A DNA stretch of 64,000 nt from Perkinsela sp. CCAP 1560/9 (Eukaryota; Protista; Euglenozoa: Kinetoplastea): the NCBI GenBank assembly GCA_965644495.1, contig CBFFSA010000018.1:124001-188000 (forward strand), written 5' to 3'. Each line of letters begins with the position of its first letter. The stretch's first letter is position 1. The position numbers and the translations under genes were made by a program. The notes below the pieces were generated by a model. It worked only from the letters and a program-made list of their open reading frames with translations, did no database searches and had not been told where the DNA came from. Shown one piece after another: positions 46,092 to 56,089 of this stretch.

Positions 46092-47375
46092 TGGTACAGT
46101 GTGTAGCTACAGTGGCCCTTGAGAGAGTGAGAGCAGTGCCACGTGAGGCAGTGATTGCACAGTGATGCAGTGCAGCTGCAGTGGCACGTGCCAGAGTAAG
46201 TGCACTGCCATGTGAGGCAGTGACTGCAGTGATGCAGTGTAGCTGCAGTGGCACATGAGAGAGTAAGTGCACTGCCATGTGAGGCAGTGACTGCAGTGAT
46301 GCAGTGCAGCTGCAGTGGCACGTGCCAGAGTAAGTGCACTGCCATGTGAGGCAGTGACTGCAGTGATGCAGTGTAGCTGCAGTGGCACATGAGAGAGTAA
46401 GTGCACTGCCATGTGAGGCAGTGACTGCAGTGATGCAGTGCAGCTGCAGTGGCACGTGCCAGAGTAAGTGCACTGCCATGTGAGGCAGTGACTGCAGTGA
46501 TGCAGTGTAGCTGCAGTGGCACATGAGAGAGTAAGTGCACTGCCATGTGAGGCAGTCACTGCAGTGATGCAGTGCAGCTGCAGTGGCACGTGCCAGAGTA
46601 AGTGCACTGCCATGTGAGGCAGTGACTGCAGTGATGCAGTGCAGCTGCAGTGGCACGTGCGAGAGTAAGTGCACTGCCATGTGAGGCAGTGACTGCAGTG
46701 ATGCAGTGTAGCTGCAGTAGCACGTGAGAGAGTAAGAGTAGTGCCACGTGAGGCAGCGACTGCAGTGTAGATACAGTGGCACGTGAGAGAGTAAGATTAC
46801 TGCCACGTGAGGCAGTGACTGCAGTGATGCAGTGCAGCTGCAGTAGCACGTGAGAGAGTAAGTGTACTGCCACGTGAGGCAGTGACTGCAGTGATGCAGT
46901 GCAGCTGCAGTAGCACGTGAGAGAGTAAGTGTACTGTCACGTGAGGCAGTGATTGCAGTGTAGATACAGTGGCAGAGTGACAGGCAGTGCCACGTGAGGC
47001 AGTGACTGCAGTGATGCAGTGTAGCTGCAGTAGCACGTGAGAGAGTGAGAGTACTGCCACGTGAGGCAGTGACTGCATCGGCACTGTACCTACAGTGGCA
47101 CGTGAGAGAGTGAGAGCAGTGCCCCGTGAGGCAGTGATGCAGTGTAGCTGCAGTGGCACGTGCGAGAGTAAGAGTAGTGCCACGTGAGGCAGTGACTGCA
47201 GTGTAGCTGCAGTAGCACGTGAGAGAGTGAGAGTACTGCCACGTGAGGCAGTGATCGCAGTGCAGCTGCATTGGCACGTGCGAGAGTAAGAGTAGTGTCA
47301 CGTGAGGCAGCGACTGCAGTGTAGATACAGTGGCACGTGAGAGAGTAAGTGTACTGCCACGTGGGGCAGTGACTC
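46092..47375. repeat. 67-bp tandem satellite (~19-20 units) with alternating variants forming a 134-bp dimer
   Basis: GAGTAAG recurs at 46194, 46261, 46328, 46395 and onward. Units alternate GTGTAGCTG..CACATGAGA and GTGCAGCTG..CACGTGCCA, and degenerate toward the right. Confidence 0.95.
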
Positions 47376-47419
47376 ACGTTGAGTGAGTCCACTGAGTGAG
47401 TCCCACGGGGGTGGGAGAG

Positions 47420-47625
47420 TGTTGTGGAAGAGTGGCCAGCTGGCCATGTTGTGGAAGGGTGGCCAGCTGGCCATGTTGTGGAAGGGTGGCCAGCTGGCCA
47501 TGTTGTGGAAGTGACCATGTTTTGGAAGTGGCCATGTTGTGGAAGTGACCATGTTTTAGAAGTGGCCAATTTGTGGAAGGGTGGCCAGCTGGCCATGTTG
47601 TGGAAGGGTGGCCAGCTGGCCACCA
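47420..47625. repeat. 27-bp/17-bp minisatellite built on the palindrome TGGCCAGCTGGCCA
   Basis: GGCCAGCTGG at 47434, 47461, 47488 and later copies, interleaved with GTG(G/A)CCATGTT(G/T)TGGAA units. Confidence 0.88.
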
Positions 47626-47833
47626 AAAACACGGTTTGTGCTTCGTCGAAAAGTGGCCAGCTGGCCACCAAAAACACGGTTTGCATTTTGTATATATGTA
47701 GAGAAAAAAAACGAGCAGGGTCATACTTCAAGAAAAAGATTTCAGAAGCTTGTTTCCTTCAAGATTACTTGTCACGAGGTAAAGCACCACCCGCGCCAGC
47801 GGGTCTACACCGCCTCGAACGGCCCGCCGTATA

Positions 47834-48036
47834 ACCCATATTGAAAGGGGAGAGGGAGATACGAAGCAACGGGCGTGGCAGATCCCCACTGAAAAGAAAT
47901 GGTATCTCCCGCACGAAGTTTGTCTCCGAGCTAGAAAGCGCAAAGGCTTTTCTCGTGCGGGGAGATACCATTTCTTTTCAGTGGGAATCTGCCACTCCTG
48001 TTGCTTCGTATCTCCCTCGCACCTTTCAATCTGGGT
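47834..48036. mobile_element. Foldback MITE (~85-bp arms)
   Basis: TA|ACCCATATTGAAAGG..GGTATCTCCCGCACGA loop TCGTGCGGGGAGATACC..CCTTTCAATCTGGGT|TA. Confidence 0.85.
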
Positions 48037-48442
48037 TATTACCGAACTGAATTATTAATAATCCTGCAGCTATGGATGCGGCAAGGGATGCGATGAGGAG
48101 TGTGAATGCGATCAAGTGTTGTGGACAAGAGACTGGTCTAATTGACTTTAGCCGGGCCATGTCTAATTAAAAGGATTAAAAAATGATGCAATCAAATTAT
48201 ATTTTGATAATTTCATTAGAAAATTATGTTCCATCACACAAGCAAGCGTTCGTAAAAGGAAGACTTCATAAAATTATGTTCTGTGCACTTGGGTTAACGA
48301 AGCGACTCAAAATGAAATTATTTCGAAGATAATAATTTCATATTTTGGGAAGAATATGACCACAAGAAATGAATGAAAAAAAATAAAAGAAAAATAATTG
48401 CCGCTTCGCAGGACGGACTGTTCAAAAGCAACGCTAATTTCT

Positions 48443-49160
48443 TAGGCTCTTCGTTAAACGCGGTGGTTGTTTTCAGCTTAGAAGTCACTCATGCTGCGCG
48501 ATTCGCGTTGAAAACTACCACCGCGTTTAACGAAGAGCCTAAGAAAGAAAAATCGCGAAAAGATCATGCATAATCTATTTTTCGGGGGGAAAAACCTCGA
48601 TTTTTCGGCAAAAAATGCGAATTTTTAACCCGAATTTGGGCCGTTTTGGATGCCTTGCCAGTAGGGCTAAGAGGCGAATCGGTCGAAAAAAACGTCGTGG
48701 AATGGTAGCTGGGGCCTCAAGCTCTTAAAATACGTTTTAGGAGTCGATTTTGGAAAAATAATATTTTACCTTTTTTTGGGTCAAAAAAAACATTTTTGGT
48801 CACCCCAAAAAATTCGGAAATTTTGGTCTTATCGGACCCGTCCTGCGCGTACCAGGGGGGGGGGGTACCCCTAGGTGGGGTGGAAAATTATCGCCGCGGC
48901 CTACTCTACCACTTCCCGGAGCTCGATTTTGAAAATCAGAAAATTCTAAAAAAAAATTCGCGACGTATGCTCCCCCTGGACCCCCCATTTTTTTCAATCT
49001 TGTTTTTCAGTTTTGGACCACAGGAGCCCCCTTTTACATTTTTTTCTTCTATTATAATTTTTCTTCTATTTATTACTGTTTTTCTCTTTATATTTTCACT
49101 GTTTTTGTTCACTTTTTTTTTCAACAATCGGTAGAGCGGTAATTATACAACCACCGCAAT
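48443..49160 (-). mobile_element. Family A diverged subfamily (same ends, different body)
   Basis: 99-bp hairpin at 48443-48541 and the end GCGGTAATTATACAACCACCGCAAT at 49160. Related partial copies lie at 49200-49443, ~54670-54945 and ~61740-61820. Confidence 0.85.
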
Positions 49161-49459
49161 AAGGGGGGGTACCGGGACAACGCTAGGATAGGGGGGGATA
49201 GTATTTTAAGAGTTTGGGACCTCAGCTACCATTCTACGACGTTTTTTTCGGCAGATTCGCCTCCTACCCATACTCGTAAGGCATCAAAACGGCCTAAATC
49301 CGGGATAAAAAAATATTATTCACGATCTTTTGACGATTTTACTTTTTTAGGCTCTTCGTTATACGCGGTGGTAGTTTTCAAGGCGAAGCGCGCAGCATAA
49401 GTGACTTCTAAGTTGAAAACCACCGCGTTTAACGAAGAGCCTAAAATATACCCCCATGC

Positions 49460-50731
49460 GGCTGTAAAATTTCGCTCCACGGCCACACTCCCTCTCGCAT
49501 AGATTTTTCCCAATGCCCCGAACCCTTCTCTACCGCCTGCTTCAAATACCCCACCGCGGCCACCCCATGCTGCTCCAGCCCTCATAATCCAACGGCAACA
49601 TGTAGGCGTACCCCAACGACCGCAGCGCGGGACCGTTTCCCTTGTTACCTTCCCCTCCTAAGGCCTCATTCGATGCCGCAGTCCCCCATTTCCCTGCCCA
49701 CCACCTTCTGTGCCTCCTGCACCCTTGTCTCCCTGTGCAACAGCGTCACCCCCTGCGCTGCGTGGGACCACGTAGGTGTGTAGGCGTGGGGGAGGGGGGC
49801 GGCGGCTTGCCGGTACAGCGCGGCGGCCCGGCCACAGCTGCGGGTGACGCCGAGGCCGGTGGCATGGCGGTGGGCGAGGAGGCCGCGGATGTCACCGGAG
49901 GCCGTGGAGAGGGCGAAGTGGAGAAGAAGGGGAAGAGGTAAGGTTAAGGGGGTGCGTGCGTTGTTGGGAGATGCTGGTGTGCTGTAGGGGTTGTGGTTGT
50001 GTGGGAGAGGAAGACACGGGGGAAGAGGTAAGGTTAAGGGTGTGTGTAACCCGGGGGGCGACATTATATTCAAATATGATTTGAATATAATGTCGCAACA
50101 AAAAACGATTTGCATATAATCTTGCAATCGAGATTATATTCAAATTACCAGTTATAACTTTAAAAAATGTTATAAACCCCAGATCACTGGGGTTGTCGAA
50201 CATGAAAAAACTATCCAAAGGGTCGCGTTTTTTTTGCTTACCGCACGATTTGTATCGTTGAAAATCAAAGCGCTAATGGCCGTTGATAACGGTCGTCACA
50301 CGGCAGGTATCTCTCTCTGCAGGCCTTTGCCTGTATGAAAAACAATGGTAAGGAGGAGGCTCTTTGGTGAGAGAAAGATACAGTTCTGGGGGTTGAAAAA
50401 ACTCCCCATCCGGTGGAGTGCAGAGCGCCCACAACGAACTCAGCGAAGGGGTCTCCGGCGTTCGCACGTGTTTTGGCGACCTGTGCCATAGTGGAAACCC
50501 CGTTGGTACGAAGGGTGTCCTCGAGAAGAGATTCCAAGGGTTGTCAGTGATCAGATACCGGAAGCCATGATTTGGAGGGAGTAATGTTCAAGTCTCCAAG
50601 GAGGAGATTGTGGGTCACCTTTTTGTGAGATGTAATTTTCTGTTTTTAGCCATTACTGTATAACATGGGGTACTGTGTGTACTGTATACCCGCAAGGAAA
50701 ACCGCAAGAATGGCACAGGAAGCTAGAGCAT
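49460..50731 (-). pseudogene. Sel1-repeat (SEL1L/Hrd3-like) pseudogene
   Basis: ANAGDPFAEFVVGALHSTGWGV, HRHATGLGVTRSCGRAAALYRQAA, SLGYAYM and GALGKIYARG occur in different frames, with stops and inserted DNA at ~49950-50400. Confidence 0.65.
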
Positions 50732-50932
50732 ACCTATAAAAACGTGTTGTAGATATTTACATTCTAATATTTACATTCTGCACGAGAATGATAGAATTTT
50801 TAGCAGCAATATTCGAAAAAAATATTTTTCACTGAAATTGCAGTACTGGTGTATTATAGAACAGGTCAGTAGCATTCATCCCTGATACAGTATATCCCGT
50901 TGATACATGTTTGGAGAGCAAAATCATTGGAT

Positions 50933-51856
50933 TTATATGAAGTAGTCTGTGACTATGCTTTTTGTATGATGCTCTCTCGTTTCGTCAGGAGCAGCTTCGA
51001 ATATCTTAAAATTTTTATTTGCGTGTTCGTCCAACTCCAAAATGGAAGCAACATTGCCGCACCGATAACAATAATTCGGCGCACTCCATACCGTGACCAA
51101 AGTATCATCAAACATGGCCTTGTATCCTTCCATTACGAGCTGGTGGGAGCGAGCAATTAGTTCCAGTCCATTAGTAGCGTTAAACTGCTGAACAACGTCC
51201 GCCCCAAAGAGATATCCTGCACCTCGAGGGCTCAGCCCCCATCCTTCAATATCTTCCGGATCACTCCACATTAGATCACACATAGGGCCCTCATGCGGGA
51301 TCTCCATTTTGCGGTCTAACTTGCGTAAATCTTCTAGAGTATTTATAGAAGGAGACAACCCTGCATGGACACAGAGAATACGTTCCGCAACCAGTGCTGC
51401 CAACGGCAAATGGTCAAATACCTCGGTGCAGTACCGCCAAACATTGACGTTACCATATTTTCTCAAACATTCGTCGTAGAATCCATAGACTTGAGTGATT
51501 TGACGGCTCTCATGGTTTCCCCGAACCAAACATACACGTTGCGGAAAGCGCACTTTCAGTGTTAGGAGAAGCAAAAAAGACTCAACGCTGTGATAGCCAC
51601 GATCGACAAAGTCACCCATAAAGATATAGTTCGTGTCCGGCACATCGCCTCCAATACGGAAGAGTTCCACAAGATCATAAAACTGTCCGTGAATATCACC
51701 GACAAGAGTACATGGCGCCGGCATGCAGTGTACGTTTGATTCGGAGCTTAACAAATCCTTTGCCCACTCACATAATTGCTTCACTTCTCGCTCTTTTATG
51801 GTACGGCACTGAAAAAGCGTTTGCAGATGATGCTCGAGGAGAGCGTGATCGGCCAT
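50933..51856 (-). CDS. PPP4C: Serine/threonine protein phosphatase 4 catalytic subunit
   Basis: GDIHG, GDFVDRG and RGNHE, plus PP4-type [42 protein letters not shown] and FEAAP. Confidence 0.92.
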   Translation of the reverse strand: MADHALLEHHLQTLFQCRTIKEREVKQLCEWAKDLLSSESNVHCMPAPCTLVGDIHGQFYDLVELFRIGGDVPDTNYIFMGDFVDRGYHSVESFLLLLTLKVRFPQRVCLVRGNHESRQITQVYGFYDECLRKYGNVNVWRYCTEVFDHLPLAALVAERILCVHAGLSPSINTLEDLRKLDRKMEIPHEGPMCDLMWSDPEDIEGWGLSPRGAGYLFGADVVQQFNATNGLELIARSHQLVMEGYKAMFDDTLVTVWSAPNYCYRCGNVASILELDEHANKNFKIFEAAPDETREHHTKSIVTDYFI

Positions 51857-51880
51857 CTAAAAATCAGTAAATAAAAGGTG
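51857..51880 (-). promoter_or_regulatory. Putative trans-splice acceptor immediately before the PP4 ATG
   Basis: Minus strand reads CCTTTTATTTACTGATTTTTAG|ATG. Similar pyrimidine tracts with AG lie upstream of RPA2 and the LRR genes. Confidence 0.5.
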
Positions 51881-52039
51881 TAGTGGTTTGGTCCAGTAAT
51901 GGATAAAGATCAACATTCGTTGAATAGATTTTTACAAGCTTTTCTTTGCCGTTCTCGGGGGCTCACACCGAGTCTGGTATAGTGAGAAAGTGTAGTGAAG
52001 ATTTAAACCTATAAAAGATGATACGAAGATACATTGCCT

Positions 52040-53362
52040 TCACAATCCAAAGTCATCTGCATAAAGAAGAAGCTCCTCATTTTCAGATATCAGGCCGGAT
52101 TCGTTTGTGAGTCGTTTTAATCCAGCCCAGTATCCTTTCAGCATGATTCCTTCCACCTCTGCCGCAGACTTTGCGTTCGTATTCTCCACCAGAGAAGATA
52201 TCAAACTGTAGTAAATATCATCTTTCGACATGCCGTTGTTTTGTGACGACAACCCTAGCGAAATTCTTTTCATGTATCGAGAAATAATTTCCTTTCGGTC
52301 TTTTACGTCGGGAAGAGGAATAAAAATTTTCTTATCGAAACGGCCGGGGCGCGTAATCGCGGGATCTAGTTCATCCAGCGCCTTATTGGTGGCTCCTATA
52401 AAAATCACACCCGAGTTATTTTGTTCAATGCCGTCCATTTCAGTCAATAAAGTAGAAAGTATGGAGGCAACCACATCGTGACTTCGATGTTCCGATGATG
52501 TTCGTGAGGTACGTGCGCTCGCAATCGCATCGACCTCATCAAAAAAAACCACACATGGGGTACGTCGCCGGGCGTCACTAAACACTCTCCGGAGATACTC
52601 CTCAGAGGAACCGACGTACTTGGAGAAAATGCTTGCGCTATCCACATGCTGAAAGGAAACCCCAGCGTGCCGCACCAAAGCACGAACCAGAGAAGTCTTT
52701 CCGCAGCCAGGGGGGCCGTAGAGTAAAACCCCTCCGGCGTAGTTAAGACGAAAACGAGTAAGCGCCTCTCGGTGTAACAGAGGCCACAACACTGCTTGCT
52801 CGAGCGCGACCTTCGCTCGGGAAAGTCCAACTACCTGATCCCAGAAATCAGCAGTTCGGGTAGGCGATGAGACACGCTGGTCTTGTGTATCACTGTCCGT
52901 GACATCTAAAAAAATGCGATTTCGTATGTGTAAGCTAAGTTTTTCCGGGAATTTGGTGAGCAAAAGTATGAGTTGAGTAAACTCTTTATGTGTGCAACAA
53001 GATTTGTCAAGCATCTTCACTGTGTCATGAATACGTTCCGCTTGTGCTGTATCGTAAGGATGAAATGGTAACCAAAATTCCGCATCTTGCAAGATAAGAA
53101 TCTCTTGTGTTGGCCCCTCAGTACTGCATTCTTGCAATATTGAATTATCAAGAGAAGTGGACAGAGACATGTGTTGAAGAAGTTCGGACAAGTTGTTAAA
53201 TATTTTTACGGAGACAAACTCCGGAAGAACGTTGATTGTGTTCTGTATTGCAGAGTAGGTATCCAAGGTCTGATAGAGGAACAAGACCGAATTTAGTGTA
53301 AATGAAGACTTCAAGTTCCGTAGACTGCAAAGCGTACGCAGGGTTTGTAAGGCAGGATCCAT
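52040..53362 (-). CDS. AAA+ ATPase, AFG2/SPATA5-like D2 module with degenerate D1
   Basis: WDQVVGL..AK..LEQAVLWP, GVLLYGPPGCGKT, SKYVGSSE, VFFDEVDAI, LLTEMDG and LDPAITRPGRFD. Confidence 0.82.
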   Translation of the reverse strand: MDPALQTLRTLCSLRNLKSSFTLNSVLFLYQTLDTYSAIQNTINVLPEFVSVKIFNNLSELLQHMSLSTSLDNSILQECSTEGPTQEILILQDAEFWLPFHPYDTAQAERIHDTVKMLDKSCCTHKEFTQLILLLTKFPEKLSLHIRNRIFLDVTDSDTQDQRVSSPTRTADFWDQVVGLSRAKVALEQAVLWPLLHREALTRFRLNYAGGVLLYGPPGCGKTSLVRALVRHAGVSFQHVDSASIFSKYVGSSEEYLRRVFSDARRRTPCVVFFDEVDAIASARTSRTSSEHRSHDVVASILSTLLTEMDGIEQNNSGVIFIGATNKALDELDPAITRPGRFDKKIFIPLPDVKDRKEIISRYMKRISLGLSSQNNGMSKDDIYYSLISSLVENTNAKSAAEVEGIMLKGYWAGLKRLTNESGLISENEELLLYADDFGL

Positions 53363-53675
53363 TAATTCATTAGTTGCACCTCTGTATAGAGGTACAAAAG
53401 GTTGCTACAGCGCAAAGCTCTTCGTATTTTACACCATTTCGCAATGATATAATGTGACAATAAAGAATCTGATCTGGAACTTTATTAAAAATTGTCAAAA
53501 AATAAGCGTTTCGATATTTTACGCAAGATCTATTGTTTTACGAAAAGAGTGCTGCAAAACTTTATAAAAATAACTTTTCAAAATTTGCACAATAATAAAG
53601 AGTAGATCATTTTACTCATGAATCTTGATGAATCAAGAGCATTTTTATTTTCTAGACATTTTAAGGTTAGGCCTT

Positions 53676-54503
53676 TCAAAGTACGACGCGGACGGAAACA
53701 GGTGTATCTTTAATTTTCAAAGGTTCGCTGTTGTTCGAAATATTCAACGTCGTGAGAGAAGGAGGCAAATCCTTGAGGTGTACTTCAACGAAACTATTTG
53801 AACCAATATAAATTTTCTGAAGACATTTCGGAAGATTCTGTAGAATTAGTGCTCCACTCAAAGAATTCTGCGACAGATATAATGTTTTTAACCGAGCCGG
53901 AAGGTGCGTCAGATCCACCTCGCCCGAAAATCGATTACGATACAAAAAGAGTTCTACCAAAGATGAGGGAAGACTGGTTAAATCGAGTTTGCCTTCAAGC
54001 TTATTTTCCATTAAAGAGATCGTATGCACTATGGGCGGCAGTGCTGTAAGGTCAAGTAACCCGGAAAAAAGATTACTTGCCGACCAGAGCATTTCTAGCG
54101 CTACGGGTAGACATGTAGCATCGAAATCTCCATGAAAAGCATTATACTCAAGGCTTAAGTAGGACATTTCTGCAGGCAGGAGTGCCGTTGGAACAACACC
54201 TGTGAGACTATTGTGACCTACGTTAAGCCATGTGACTGTAGAAGGTAAAAACTCCCATGTAAGATTTCCGATCAAATTCAGACTACCCCATTTGATCGAC
54301 TTAACTTGGGACTGGTAGTCGCAAGTAACGCCCAACCACGAGCACACGGAAGCTTGTTTGAAGACAGCAGACTGCTCGGTGGAGCAAACATGTGAGATAA
54401 AATTATCCATTTGCATCTCGGGAGAAAGCATGGCCCCTCTAACTTTCCCCAGACGAGAGCTAGCAGTCAGATCACTGTTGTTAGCTAGTATAATGCACCC
54501 CAT
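53676..54503 (-). CDS. Leucine-rich repeat protein (paralog 5)
   Basis: RLGKVRGAMLSPEMQM..VCSWLGVTC cap and 24-aa LRRs. Confidence 0.88.
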   Translation of the reverse strand: MGCIILANNSDLTASSRLGKVRGAMLSPEMQMDNFISHVCSTEQSAVFKQASVCSWLGVTCDYQSQVKSIKWGSLNLIGNLTWEFLPSTVTWLNVGHNSLTGVVPTALLPAEMSYLSLEYNAFHGDFDATCLPVALEMLWSASNLFSGLLDLTALPPIVHTISLMENKLEGKLDLTSLPSSLVELFLYRNRFSGEVDLTHLPARLKTLYLSQNSLSGALILQNLPKCLQKIYIGSNSFVEVHLKDLPPSLTTLNISNNSEPLKIKDTPVSVRVVL

Positions 54504-55061
54504 TCTGCCAAAATTAAACGCTTTTAATTGACCAGTAACAAAAACTAAACGTGTAAAGTAGTAAAAAAGTAAAAAAAACGTGTGAATTTAATTACTGTAC
54601 CCCCCCTAGTTATCTGCCGCTACTTTTTGAGAAAAGGTGACAGATAATTATTTTTATCTGTTGGTTATTTTTTTAGAGGAAAAAAACGTCGTAGAATGAT
54701 AGTTGAGATCCGAATCTCTTAAAATGCGTTTTAGGAGTCGATATTTTGGAAAAGATATTGTCTTTTCTTTTTTAGAAAAAGTTTTTTTGGCCAAAAATAT
54801 TTTGTTTTCGGGCATCTCAGAAATTTCGGAAATTTCGAACTTGACGGACCCCTCCTGCGCATACCAGGGGGGGTGGAAAATCATCGCCGCGGCATACTCT
54901 ACCACTTCCCTGCGCTCGATTTTGAAAAGCAAAACTTTCGAAAATATATGGCTCATCGCTCCCTGATGGAATGTGGAGATCGAGAGCTCTTTGTACAGGC
55001 GGTCCATGGTTGGGGTGCTTCATCCTTTTCCTTACGAGGACAGGAAGCACCAGCTGATATA

Positions 55062-55595
55062 CAGGGGGGATCAGCTAAATCTGGGGGGGTCTAAAAATTG
55101 TAAAAAGTGGTCAATTTTGGAAAATAATAGCGCATTCGAGAGCTCTCGAATAGCCCTCTTGTGGAATCTATGTCGTTTCCCGCATAAATAAGATTTTTGT
55201 AAAACGACAGGTGGCTCAAAAATGTCAATTGCAAATTTTTCTAGAAAATTGCAAAAAGGCGAAATGACGAATCTTGGACCAGCAACATTCTGTGCGTTAG
55301 TTTTGTTTAATCTGAGGGTGAGAAACGGCTCTCGGAGAATTTCCTTCGAGAAGAATGTGAGTGCACCCGTCTTTGTGGCATGAAAAAAACAGGAAAAAAA
55401 GCAAGAAAATGAGAAAGAATACAAATTTTGCGCCCCGAAAAAACGTAAAATTTCTCTAAAATGCGATGTCCGTAAAAGCACGGGAAACGGCGTATATTCC
55501 ACAAGAGGGCTATACGAGAGCTCTCGAATGCGATATGACTTTCCAAAATTGGCCATTTTTTTGCAAATTTAAGACTCCCCCGGATTTAGCTGGTC
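55062..55595. mobile_element. Deletion derivative (MITE) of the 7005-8563 Tc1 family
   Basis: TA|CAGGGGGGATCAGCTAAATCTGGGGGGGTCTAAAA..GCGCATTCGAGAGCTCTCGAA and its inverted copy. It retains the MPQRR start region (CCCGTCTTTGTGGCATGAA). Confidence 0.82.
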
Positions 55596-56089
55596 ACGAT
55601 CAAAGGGTACGTCTCTACTTCGTTGACGGGTCAACCAATTGGCTGCCACTTCGTTGACAGTAAATCCGACTGCCAACGAAGTGGCTGCCATTTGGTTGAC
55701 CCGTCAACGAGTGTGAATTTTCTGCTCACGAAACGCAACTATGAAAAAAAATGTCTCTGTGTCGATGAAGGATTTTCAGGAATTCTATCTAAGGTCCTCC
55801 AAAGTCGCGAGTCCTAAATCGGGCCTCGCAAATTGCTTCCCACGAATGTCATGCAGGGTACGGCTCAGGCCCGCTCACGCGTGCCCTCGCCGTTCTGTCC
55901 TTATCCTTTCCTCCCCCCACTCCGTAGATTCCCGGCATATCCTAGGGCTCTTTACTGATTCCCATGCGAGGAAGTCGTCGTCGCTACGGCAAAAAGGCAG
56001 AAGACTACGCCTTCTGCTTTTTGACTTGCCCCTCCTCCTTCCTCTACAGTTTTTCAGATTACAAATGTAACAGGTCTTAGCGTTGATTA

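Noticed and set aside
46092-47375. CRISPR array
   Set aside because: Units are contiguous tandem repeats with no unique spacers, there are no cas genes, and the context is eukaryotic.
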